Counted from the first letter of the stretch, positions 16,114 through 24,610 are shown. The stretch is DNA of 40,776 bases from an uncultured Candidatus Saccharibacteria bacterium (GCA_964602125.1 CAZRPR010000001.1:21890-62665), one strand, 5' to 3'. The notes: generated by a model not told the origin, from the sequence alone. Made by a program: numbers and translations.

Positions 16114-18150
16114 ATGCCAAAAATTAAAGAAATCCGTAAAAGAAACGGAAAGATTGTTCCCTTTAAAAAAGATAAGATAACCAAGGCTATCCTCAAAGCA
16201 GGCGGTGCCACTAAGGAATTCGGCTACAACATAGCGGAAGCTCTTACAAATATTGTCGTTTCTCAGCTAGAAGAAAAAGCGGAAAACGGCATCCCCGAAG
16301 TGGAAATGATCCAAAATATCATCGAGAAAGTGATCTTCTCCGCCGGCTTCGAAAAAACCTCCCGAGCGTATATCGTCTACCGAGAGCAGCACAAAGAGAT
16401 GCGCCAATTTAAAAATCTTTTCAAGTTGGAGGGGTTGGTCGATGATTACTTGTCGGAAGATGACTGGCGAGTCAAGGAAAACTCAAACATGGGGTACTCC
16501 CTGCAGGGACTGAACAACTACATCTCCGCTGCCGTCACCTCTCGCTACTGGCTGAACAAGATTTACCCCAAAGAAATCCGCATGGCCCACAAGAAAGGGG
16601 AGTTGCATATTCACGATTTGGGCATTCTCGCTCCTTACTGTTGCGGCTGGGATTTGAAAGACCTTCTGCTGTCGGGCATTCAGGGAGCGGGAGGCAAGTC
16701 TGAAAGCAAACCAGCTAAACATTTGCGAACCGCTTTGGGCCAAATAGTCAATTTCTTCTATTCTTTACAGGGTGAATCGGCGGGGGCGCAAGCTTTTTCC
16801 AGTTTTGACACCTATTTAGCCCCCTTCATTCGTTACGATAACCTCGACTACGAACAAGTTAAGCAGGCTTTGCAAGAGTTTATCTTCAACATGAACGTCC
16901 CGACCAGAGTGGGTTTCCAGACGCCTTTCACTAATATTACCCTGGATCTTAACCCTTCCGGTTTGATGGCGGAGGAAAATGTGATTGTCGGAGGACAGAT
17001 TCAAAAGGAGAAATATAAGGATTTTCAGCCGGAGATGGACATTTTCAATCGAGCTTTCGCTGAGGTGATGCTGGAGGGAGATGCTAAGGGTCGCGTTTTT
17101 ACTTTCCCGATACCAACTTACAATTTAACCAAAGATTTCAATTGGGAAAATCCTGTTTTGAAGCCCATCTTCGAGATGACGGCCAAGTACGGCATTCCCT
17201 ATTTCTCTAACTTCATTAATTCCGATATGAGTCCGGACGATGCCCGCTCTATGTGTTGTCGACTGCGATTAGATAATCGAGAACTCCGTAAGAGGGGAGG
17301 GGGGCTTTTTGGCGCCAACCCGCTGACGGGAAGCATCGGAGTGGTAACCATCAATTTGCCTCGCATAGGTCATGAGGCCAAAAACAAAAAAGAGTTTTTG
17401 GAAAAATTGAGCCAATTGATAGAAATCGCAAAAAGCAGTTTGGAAATTAAACGCAAATTTTTGGAAAAATCAACAGACCGAGATTTGTATCCTTATTCTC
17501 GCTTCTATTTGAGAGATGTAAAGAGTCGTAACGATAATTATTGGAAGAATCATTTCAATACCATTGGTATTATTGGCATGAATGAGGCCTTGCTCAATCT
17601 TTTAGGGAAAAATATTGCCAGCCCCGAAGGAAGGACGTTCGCCTTGGAAGTGATGGATTTTGTCAGGGATAAATTACGCAAGTACCAAGAAGAAACAGGA
17701 GAGCTCTACAACTTGGAGGCAACTCCGGCGGAAGGTGTCACGTATCGCTTCGCCAAGAAAGACAAGGAACTTTTCCCTGAGATTATCGTCGCCAACGAAG
17801 CCAATGTCAAGGAGGCAGAAGCTCATCCCTACTACACCAATTCCACTCATTTGCCCGTTAACTACACGGCCGACATGTTCGAAGCTTTGGCTCTGCAGGA
17901 CGATTTGCAAAGTCGCTACACGGGAGGCACTGTTTTTCACGGCTTTTTGGGAGAGAAAATGCCCGATCCAGAATCGGTTAAACAGTTGGTAAGAAAAATC
18001 GCCGAAAAATTCACCTTGCCCTATTTCACCATTACACCGACCTTTAGCGTCTGCCCGAAGCATGGCTACTTGGCGGGGGAACATGAATTTTGCCCAAAAT
18101 GCGATCTTGAGTTAGAATTAAAAAAGAAGCAGGAAAAATCTAAAAGTTAA
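16114..18150 (+). CDS. nrdD: Class III anaerobic ribonucleoside-triphosphate reductase NrdD, core without glycyl-radical domain
   Basis: 678 aa. N-terminal ATP-cone (IRKRNGKIVPFKKDKI), ELHIHDLG, the finger-loop MCCRLRLD..RKRGGGLFGANPLTGSIGVVTINLPR, and a C-terminal Zn-ribbon remnant CPKH..CPKC. The ORF stops before the RVxGY glycyl-radical motif. Confidence 0.92.
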   Translation: MPKIKEIRKRNGKIVPFKKDKITKAILKAGGATKEFGYNIAEALTNIVVSQLEEKAENGIPEVEMIQNIIEKVIFSAGFEKTSRAYIVYREQHKEMRQFKNLFKLEGLVDDYLSEDDWRVKENSNMGYSLQGLNNYISAAVTSRYWLNKIYPKEIRMAHKKGELHIHDLGILAPYCCGWDLKDLLLSGIQGAGGKSESKPAKHLRTALGQIVNFFYSLQGESAGAQAFSSFDTYLAPFIRYDNLDYEQVKQALQEFIFNMNVPTRVGFQTPFTNITLDLNPSGLMAEENVIVGGQIQKEKYKDFQPEMDIFNRAFAEVMLEGDAKGRVFTFPIPTYNLTKDFNWENPVLKPIFEMTAKYGIPYFSNFINSDMSPDDARSMCCRLRLDNRELRKRGGGLFGANPLTGSIGVVTINLPRIGHEAKNKKEFLEKLSQLIEIAKSSLEIKRKFLEKSTDRDLYPYSRFYLRDVKSRNDNYWKNHFNTIGIIGMNEALLNLLGKNIASPEGRTFALEVMDFVRDKLRKYQEETGELYNLEATPAEGVTYRFAKKDKELFPEIIVANEANVKEAEAHPYYTNSTHLPVNYTADMFEALALQDDLQSRYTGGTVFHGFLGEKMPDPESVKQLVRKIAEKFTLPYFTITPTFSVCPKHGYLAGEHEFCPKCDLELELKKKQEKSKS

Positions 18151-18177
18151 AATATCTAAAAAATTAAAATCAAAACT

Positions 18178-18348
18178 ATGGAAAAAAATCAAAATGGAGA
18201 CGTCGAAAACATTGAAGAAAGACAGCATTGTGAAGTTTACTCAAGAGTCGTCGGCTATTTGCGACCTGTGAAACAATGGAACAAAGGTAAACAGGAAGAA
18301 TTCGGCGAGCGAAAAACGTACGAAGTAGATCAAGGCTGTTGCTCCTAA
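18178..18348 (+). CDS. Stand-alone 56-aa glycyl-radical domain (detached NrdD C-terminus)
   Basis: Not in the ORF track because it is under 60 aa. My translation is MEKNQNGDVENIEERQHCEVYSRVVGYLRPVKQWNKGKQEEFGERKTYEVDQGCCS. It contains the canonical NrdD motif RVVGYLRPV..WNKGK.EE...R. It is in the same frame as nrdD, 27 nt downstream, separated by two TAA codons (18148-18150 and 18157-18159). Confidence 0.8.
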   Translation: MEKNQNGDVENIEERQHCEVYSRVVGYLRPVKQWNKGKQEEFGERKTYEVDQGCCS

Positions 18349-18362
18349 GATTGTGCGACACT

Positions 18363-18387
18363 AAGGGCACCCACCAGGGGTGCCCTT
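18363..18387 (+). terminator. GC-rich hairpin after the nrdD mini-ORF
   Basis: A 10-bp stem aagggcaccc/gggtgccctt with loop accag. There is no strong U-run directly after it. Confidence 0.5.
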
Positions 18388-18446
18388 ACGATTATAAAAT
18401 AAAAAAATAACCCGTAACCGAAAGCCTATAAAAAACCTAATAAAAT

Positions 18447-18956
18447 ATGACGAAAATTTTCGATGATGTTTGGAAAATTATTGTTTACTCTTTAATTTCT
18501 CTTACCATCGTCATTAATTTGCTTCATTATTTAGAAAACAATGACTGGTGGAGAATTGAAGAAACCAAAGGCTTGGAAAAAATGCCCAATCGCTCTTTGG
18601 TTTTTTATTTTGTCAAAGATGAGAGCAATGACGATAGGGAAGAGCCCAGAGCCGAAATTTTTGTTAAAAATGTTTCTCAGGAGGAACTGAGCGGCTTTCG
18701 AGGTTTTTTTCAAAAAATATTTCCCGGCCAATACTTTTTTTTACGCATTAAATACCGAGACGAAACCGCCTACAGTCCGATTTTTTTCATGCAAGACAGA
18801 GAAATAAAACGTATTTATTTTAAATTCGATCAAAAAGAAATATCCCTTAAATTTACCGGTGCCAGTTCTAGAAAGTTAAGAACTGAACCGGAATTAAAAC
18901 TGACCCCAATCAACCAAATGATTAGCAAATTCGGTAAAAATATTTTTAGAAATTAG
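18447..18956 (+). CDS. Hypothetical protein with N-terminal TM helix
   Basis: 169-aa ORF with no recognised family. Its stop codon lies inside an AT-rich heptad array. Confidence 0.5.
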   Translation: MTKIFDDVWKIIVYSLISLTIVINLLHYLENNDWWRIEETKGLEKMPNRSLVFYFVKDESNDDREEPRAEIFVKNVSQEELSGFRGFFQKIFPGQYFFLRIKYRDETAYSPIFFMQDREIKRIYFKFDQKEISLKFTGASSRKLRTEPELKLTPINQMISKFGKNIFRN

Positions 18957-18993
18957 AAATTATGGATTATAAATTTTTCTACTAAATGAATCT

Positions 18994-19028
18994 CAACTTT
19001 GAACTTTTAACTTTTAACTTTTAACTTT
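18994..19028. repeat. Heptanucleotide array (NAACTTT)5
   Basis: caacttt gaacttt taacttt taacttt taacttt, read directly. Confidence 0.9.
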
Positions 19029-19097
19029 CCCCTTGTCCCTTGTTCCTTGTTCCTTGTCCCCTGTTCCTTGTTCCTTGTTCCTTGTTCCTTGTTCCTT
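19029..19097. repeat. Heptanucleotide array (YCCTTGT), about 9 units
   Basis: ccccttgt cccttgt tccttgt tccttgt cccctgt tccttgt x5. It ends 4 nt before the leuS stop codon (19102-19104). Confidence 0.9.
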
Positions 19098-19101
19098 TCC
19101 C

Positions 19102-22044
19102 CTACACTACCAGATTAACAATCTTTCCTGGTACATAAATCCATTTACGGACTATCTTACCGGCCAAATGTTTTTTAATCGAATCCAAAGCCAAAACTAT
19201 TTTTCGAACTTCCTCCTCACCCAGATTGGGGGGCAGAAGAACCACTTCTCTTTTTTTGCCATTAATCTGGATAGCCACTTCCTTAGTTTCCACTTTAAGC
19301 ATCTTCGGGTCAGCCACCGGCCAGTCTTCAAGAAAAATACTGTTTTTGCCTCCCAACCCCGCCCAGATTTCTTCCGCCACGTGCGGAGTAAAAGGCGCTA
19401 ACATTCTTAAAAATATTTCAAAGTCCTTACGACCGATTTTTTCCGTTTTGTTCTTCCATAAATTAACCAAAATCATCATCTGACTAATGGCCGTATTGAA
19501 AAACAAATTTTCAATATCCACCGTCACTTTAGCTAAAGTAAAGTGTAGCTTCTTTTTCGCCTCCATATAATTTTTATCTTTTTCGAGCAATTCTTCTTCC
19601 TTGTCGTTTCTAACCACTTTTTCTTGTAAGAACCAGACTTTTTCCAAAAAACGCCTTACTCCGGCAATTCCTTGTGTGTCCCACGGTTTCATATCTTCCA
19701 ACGGCCCCATAAACATTTCATAAAGCCGCAAGCTATCCGCTCCCCATTCCTTGACGATATCGTCCGGACCGATAACATTGCCCTTGCTCTTTGACATTTT
19801 ATTATGATCGGGCCCCAAAATGATACCTTGATTACGTAATTTTAAAAACGGTTCCGAAAAATCAATATGTCCGGCGTCTTGCAGCGCCTTGGTAAAAAAA
19901 CGAGAATAGAGCAGATGTAGCACCGCATGTTCCGCCCCGCCTACGTAAAGATCTACAGGCAGAAAGCGACGCAACGCCTCCTGGGTGGCAAATTCCTTGT
20001 CATTTCGAGGATCGGCGTAACGATAATAATACCAGCTGGAACAAACAAAAGTGTCCATCGTATCCACTTCTCTCTCTGCCTCCTCTCCGCAAAGCGGACA
20101 GCGGGTTTTTCGAAAAGAATCTAGTTTTTTCAAAGGCGATTCGCCTGTCGGTGTGAATTCAACTTTTGGAGGCAACTTGACGGGCAGGTCTTTCTCCGGC
20201 ACAGGCACTATTCCGCATTTGGGACAGTAAATTATGGGGATTGGTGCCCCCCAATATCTTTGTCTTGAAATCAGCCAGTCCCGTAAACGGTAATTGACTC
20301 GAGGCTCCCCAATCTGCTTTTGCCCCAACCAATCGATTATTTTTTCCTTCGCCCGCGAAACCCCCATCCCGTCAAGAAAGGCTGAATTAATCATCACCCC
20401 CTCTTTACCGGCGCAACAAATTCTTTCTCTTAGTTTAGTAATAGGCAAAGTCCAAGCCACAAAATCAGGCATAAAGATTTTATTTTTGAATATCTTGAGT
20501 AGCATTTTGTGCCGCGGATCAAAGCCTTGTCTTTTCGACAATTTCTTCATCACCCTTTCCAACCGGCCCCTGATTTCCTCTCTCGATTTCGAAGAATCAT
20601 CCTTGATAACTCTGTCTTTAAAAACAAAAACCAGATACTTTTCCCTAGCAACCTCAGCCCAAAAATCTTTCTTAAGATATTTTTTTAACGTTTTGGTGTA
20701 GGCATTAAAATCTTTCTCTCCCGAAATTTCAATAGTTAAACCGTAAGGCTTTTCCCCTTTGGAAAGAAAAAATTCTTCCGTCAGATATTTTTCGGCCAGT
20801 AATGCCTGCAATTCCTTCGGTTTATTCACAAAGGAAAGATCAACAAAAGAAACTATTTTTTCTTCAAGCGAAACCACTCTTTTCACTTCTAATCCGTGTT
20901 TTAAGGCAAATTCAAAATCTCTTTCATCGTGAGCAGGCACGCCCATAATCGCCCCCGAACCGTAATCTCCCATAATATAATCGGCCGAGTAAATGGGCAT
21001 CGGCTTTTCCGTCGCCGGATTAACCGCAATCAGGCCTTCAATTAGCACCCCGGTTTTATCTTTATTTAATTCCGTTCTTTGCATTTCATTTTTTTTCTCC
21101 GCACTCAGTTGATACGCTTTAATTCTTGATTTATTCAGAGCAAATTCTCCAATCTCTTTAATCGTCTGACCGTCCGGAGCCACCACCAAAAAAGTGGAAC
21201 CGAAAAGAGTGTCTGGTCGGGTAGTGAAAACTTTAACGGAGGCCACTTGGGGTAAGCCCCTTAGGTAGTTGGCTGTCTCGAAAGTTTTTCCTTGATTCTC
21301 CTTTAAATATTTTTTATCTTTACGGTTGACTTGTTTAATTTGAAAGAAGACTTCCGCTCCATCGCTACGGCCAATCCAATTCTTTTGAGTTTCTTTTATG
21401 CTTTTTGGCCAATCTAAATTTTCCAAATCATTCAGTAATTTTTCGGCGTAAGCGGTCGTCTTGAAAAACCATTGATCTAATTCTTTCTGCACCACTTCCG
21501 TTTCACAACGCTCACATTTACCGCCAACCACTTGCTCATTAGCAATGGTGGTCTGGCACTTAGGACACCAATTAACCTTAGCTTTCTTTTTGTACGCCAA
21601 ACCCCTTTTGTAAAGAAAAAGGAAAAACCATTGGGTCCATCGATAATAGTCTTCCTTAGAAGTGTCAATTTCTCTTTCCCAATCGTAGCTTAGTCCAAGC
21701 GATTTTATCTGTTCTCGATAGCGAGCAATATTTTTAGCCGTAGTCTTGGCCGGATGAATCCCACTTTTTAAAGCAAAGTTTTCTGCCGGTAATCCAAAAG
21801 CGTCCCAACCCATCGGATAGAGAACGTTAAAGCCTTGCATTCTTTTGAAACGACTCAGGATGTCCGTAGCTGTGTACGATTCAACGTGACCGACATGTAA
21901 ACCCTCACCGGAAGGGTAGGGGAACATTGAGAGACAGTAGTATTTTTTCTTTTTACTTTTAATTTCACTGCGGCTGAGAGCCGGATTTTTACTCCATTTT
22001 TTTTGCCATTTGGACTCGATCTTGCTAGGATTGTAAATATTCAT
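19102..22044 (-). CDS. leuS: Leucyl-tRNA synthetase with lineage-specific insertions
   Basis: 980 aa. HIGH-type motif PYPSGEGLHVGH, CP1 editing motifs TTRPDT and GVPAHDERDFEFA, KMSKS (NKMSKSKGN), and Zn-binding CPKC/CERC. Confidence 0.95.
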   Translation of the reverse strand: MNIYNPSKIESKWQKKWSKNPALSRSEIKSKKKKYYCLSMFPYPSGEGLHVGHVESYTATDILSRFKRMQGFNVLYPMGWDAFGLPAENFALKSGIHPAKTTAKNIARYREQIKSLGLSYDWEREIDTSKEDYYRWTQWFFLFLYKRGLAYKKKAKVNWCPKCQTTIANEQVVGGKCERCETEVVQKELDQWFFKTTAYAEKLLNDLENLDWPKSIKETQKNWIGRSDGAEVFFQIKQVNRKDKKYLKENQGKTFETANYLRGLPQVASVKVFTTRPDTLFGSTFLVVAPDGQTIKEIGEFALNKSRIKAYQLSAEKKNEMQRTELNKDKTGVLIEGLIAVNPATEKPMPIYSADYIMGDYGSGAIMGVPAHDERDFEFALKHGLEVKRVVSLEEKIVSFVDLSFVNKPKELQALLAEKYLTEEFFLSKGEKPYGLTIEISGEKDFNAYTKTLKKYLKKDFWAEVAREKYLVFVFKDRVIKDDSSKSREEIRGRLERVMKKLSKRQGFDPRHKMLLKIFKNKIFMPDFVAWTLPITKLRERICCAGKEGVMINSAFLDGMGVSRAKEKIIDWLGQKQIGEPRVNYRLRDWLISRQRYWGAPIPIIYCPKCGIVPVPEKDLPVKLPPKVEFTPTGESPLKKLDSFRKTRCPLCGEEAEREVDTMDTFVCSSWYYYRYADPRNDKEFATQEALRRFLPVDLYVGGAEHAVLHLLYSRFFTKALQDAGHIDFSEPFLKLRNQGIILGPDHNKMSKSKGNVIGPDDIVKEWGADSLRLYEMFMGPLEDMKPWDTQGIAGVRRFLEKVWFLQEKVVRNDKEEELLEKDKNYMEAKKKLHFTLAKVTVDIENLFFNTAISQMMILVNLWKNKTEKIGRKDFEIFLRMLAPFTPHVAEEIWAGLGGKNSIFLEDWPVADPKMLKVETKEVAIQINGKKREVVLLPPNLGEEEVRKIVLALDSIKKHLAGKIVRKWIYVPGKIVNLVV

Positions 22045-22113
22045 TGAGTTTTAAAAAGATTAGTTTCAATCAATATTTAGCACCAAGATTAATGTTTGTA
22101 AAATTTCCTCTTT

Positions 22114-22148
22114 CTACTTTGAACTTTGAACTTTTAACTTTTAACTTC
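22114..22148. repeat. Heptanucleotide array (NAACTTY)5 overlapping the 3' end of the second nrdD-like gene
   Basis: ctacttt gaacttt gaacttt taacttt taacttc. The last four codons (E V K S) and the TAA stop (22134-22136) of the minus-strand ORF are encoded by the array. Confidence 0.9.
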
Positions 22149-24131
22149 CCCCTGGAGTGCTCCTCGCTTCATAAACCCGCAGTCATTGCAGTAAGTAAAT
22201 TCAGGCGAAAAGGCGATTTGAGCCACCTCAGTCTGACGAAAGCTCTTCTTGACCAATTCAGCAATCCCCTTGGCGGGTGGTCTGGATTCGCCCAACCAAA
22301 TGTGAGTCAGCGCTCCGGCATCGATCAAGGGGTGGAAATAACCTTCCATTTTGATTCTTTCTAGCGGATCAAAGGGGGCCCCGATATTAATTTGAGTTGA
22401 GTTTGTATAATACACTTCGCCTTTTTCTAAGTTACCTTTTACCACACTTCTAGCAGCCTTTTCATACCAATTTAAATCTAATTTAGAGAATCGATAAGCT
22501 GTTGTCTCTGCCGGAGTTTGCTCTAAAACCAGTTTCAAGCCATATCTCTCCGAAAGTCTTTCGCAAATCAATTTCAGCTCCGCCGTCACTTTCAAGCCGA
22601 ATTTTAAAGCCCTCCTTGATTCATGTAATTCCTCACCCAAATGATACTGAACCATTTCGTTAAGCCCCACGATGCCAATCAAATTGGTCACTCGATGCAT
22701 TCTTAAGTAGGGATGGTCGTCATCCGGCTTCTTAATGGAAAGCAAACCCAAGGGACCATCAATGCCCTTGGCCAAGAGATGCTCAATAAAAATTCGCTTT
22801 TCTCGGTGAGCTTTCACCACCAAACTCATTAAGGCTCTGATTTTGGTAAAAAGCACATCATCATTGCCTCCCGCCTTATACGCCAGACGAGGCAAGTTGA
22901 TAGAAATATTTTGCAAAGCGGAATAGCGCATGCGCCAAGGTTTTTTGGCATCTTCAATATCACTTTTCTCCAGCTTGAAAGACAGTCGACAACACTCAGA
23001 AATTTTAGCTTCATTGCGACGATCAAAGACGAAATAGGTGTTACCTTTCTCGGAGGCTACCTGCGAAATAAACTCCAAAAATTCTTCATGTCCAGGAGTG
23101 TTAAAAAATTCTTCCGTAATATGAACTAGAGGTTTAGGGAAGAAAAAGGGCCGGCCGGAACCATCTCCCTTGAGATAAACTTCAAACAAAGCCCTAGCAA
23201 ACGCTTGCGACTCTGTAATATAATCTTTGTAAGTTTTCCCCGTATAAATTCCTCCCGGACCAATAGCGGGCACATCTTGAAAATGCTTCGGCACCTCCCA
23301 ATAAAGATTAATATCAGAAAAAATCGCCTGACCCCCTCGAGCCACCGCCTGCTGAGAAAATTCATAAATCAACACTTCCGCTAATTGTTTAATATCCCCC
23401 TCGCTTCGTCCCACCAGATAAGGAGCTAAGAAAAGATTGACTGCGTCCCAACCGATAGCTCCCGAGAAATGACATTGCAAGGCGGCGGAAAGTTTTATCA
23501 GATGAGCAATTAGCACTTCGGCATGTTTAGCCGGTTTGGCTTGGGAAAGGGAAGAAGTTAAATCTAAACCGTATTTCTTGATATATTCCAGGGATTGACC
23601 GGAACAGTAAGGCCGATCGATCATGCCCAAATCGTGAAGATGAATATCTCCCCTGGCGTGAGCCTCACTCACTTCCTCGGAAAAAACTCGGAGCAGAGCA
23701 TATTCTTTTTTAATTCCCTCCGCCAAGGTCAGATTGGTCGCCTCGGGACCGTGAGGCACATTGGCGTTATCTTTGTTGGTTTCGTTTTCAATTATTTGTT
23801 CCACGTCATAAATAGGAAAACCTAGTCGACTATATCGCTTATGAGCTTCTTCCAAACCTCTTTCCAGTAGTTTACCTAACACCAACTCTCGAACTAATCG
23901 AGAAGTAATATATTTTATCTTGCCTTCAAAAATTTGATCTTCCACTTCTCGGGTAATTTCCATGGCTAATCGGCGACTAATGCCAGACTCTTTAATCAGA
24001 CTTTCGGCAATTCTTTCCGCCTCCCATTTTTCCACTTCATCCCCGCTAGTTCTCACAAATAAAGCTTTATCCGTCACGTCGGTTTTTAAGTCCAGTTTCA
24101 GAGAAGACTGTTTTTGTTCCATTTCAGACAA
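22134..24131 (-). CDS. Second class III RNR (NrdD-like) paralogue, truncated in the Zn-ribbon with no glycyl-radical domain (possible pseudogene)
   Basis: 665 aa. ATP-cone-like N-terminus, DIHLHDLG and finger-loop ECCRLSF..ISINLPRLA. It ends YCNDCGFMKRGALQGEVKS, which is only the first CxxC of the ribbon. There is no RVxGY motif in any frame before leuS, 90 nt downstream. Confidence 0.8.
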   Translation of the reverse strand: MSEMEQKQSSLKLDLKTDVTDKALFVRTSGDEVEKWEAERIAESLIKESGISRRLAMEITREVEDQIFEGKIKYITSRLVRELVLGKLLERGLEEAHKRYSRLGFPIYDVEQIIENETNKDNANVPHGPEATNLTLAEGIKKEYALLRVFSEEVSEAHARGDIHLHDLGMIDRPYCSGQSLEYIKKYGLDLTSSLSQAKPAKHAEVLIAHLIKLSAALQCHFSGAIGWDAVNLFLAPYLVGRSEGDIKQLAEVLIYEFSQQAVARGGQAIFSDINLYWEVPKHFQDVPAIGPGGIYTGKTYKDYITESQAFARALFEVYLKGDGSGRPFFFPKPLVHITEEFFNTPGHEEFLEFISQVASEKGNTYFVFDRRNEAKISECCRLSFKLEKSDIEDAKKPWRMRYSALQNISINLPRLAYKAGGNDDVLFTKIRALMSLVVKAHREKRIFIEHLLAKGIDGPLGLLSIKKPDDDHPYLRMHRVTNLIGIVGLNEMVQYHLGEELHESRRALKFGLKVTAELKLICERLSERYGLKLVLEQTPAETTAYRFSKLDLNWYEKAARSVVKGNLEKGEVYYTNSTQINIGAPFDPLERIKMEGYFHPLIDAGALTHIWLGESRPPAKGIAELVKKSFRQTEVAQIAFSPEFTYCNDCGFMKRGALQGEVKS

Positions 24132-24202
24132 TAAAGAGTTATAAAAAAACCAGTTTTACTGGAATCTCCTTATATAGAAAAATATCACTTTTTTAAAAAA
24201 AT

Positions 24203-24610
24203 TCAAAAACTCTTGCTATCCAGAAATCCCTGTAAAATTATTCTGGCCGCTTCTGCGTCGTCCGCTTTTCTAGTTCCAATATTTCGATGGGCTTCGCTGC
24301 TGCTCAATCGCTCGTCATAAGAAAAAATCTTTTTATCCGAAAATTCTTTTTTCAGTTTTTGAATAAATTCCTGAGTTTTCTCCGTTCTAATAGAATAAGA
24401 GCCGTCCATGCTAATGGGCAAACCGACAATAATACTTTCGATTCTGTATTCTTCAATAATTTTTCTTAAATCTAAAAAAAAATCTTTCCCGTTGGGAACG
24501 ATTTTTAATCCGACAGCCAAGATGCCCTCGGGAGCAAAAGCCAATCCAATCTTGCTTTCACCGTAATCCAGACCTAAAAAATTCATATTTTTGTTCACAA
24601 TACTTGACAA
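24203..24610 (-). CDS. ruvX: YqgF/RuvX-family putative Holliday junction resolvase / pre-16S rRNA nuclease
   Basis: 135 aa. LGLDYGESKIGLAF..., IVGLPISMDGS and ERLSS..A are typical YqgF motifs. Confidence 0.85.
   Translation of the reverse strand: MSSIVNKNMNFLGLDYGESKIGLAFAPEGILAVGLKIVPNGKDFFLDLRKIIEEYRIESIIVGLPISMDGSYSIRTEKTQEFIQKLKKEFSDKKIFSYDERLSSSEAHRNIGTRKADDAEAARIILQGFLDSKSF

Noticed and set aside
18148-18180. Stop-codon readthrough, intron or intein as the explanation for the split nrdD
   Set aside because: There are two in-frame TAA codons in 12 nt, which makes simple readthrough or recoding unlikely. The 27-nt gap is far too short for a group I or II intron. There are no intein junction residues. 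Translational bypassing cannot be excluded but has no specific support.
18176-18370. 64-aa minus-strand ORF
   Set aside because: It is antisense to the 56-aa plus-strand mini-ORF that carries the canonical NrdD glycyl-radical motif. The plus-strand reading is far better supported.
19033-19401. 122-aa plus-strand ORF (MSLVPCSLSPVPCS...)
   Set aside because: It is the translation of the YCCTTGT array followed by antisense of the leuS 3' end.
20404-20871. LeuRS insertion as an intein
   Set aside because: There is no Cys/Ser/Thr at the N-junction, no His-Asn plus Cys/Ser/Thr at the C-junction, and no homing-endonuclease motifs. It is more likely an in-frame insertion domain.
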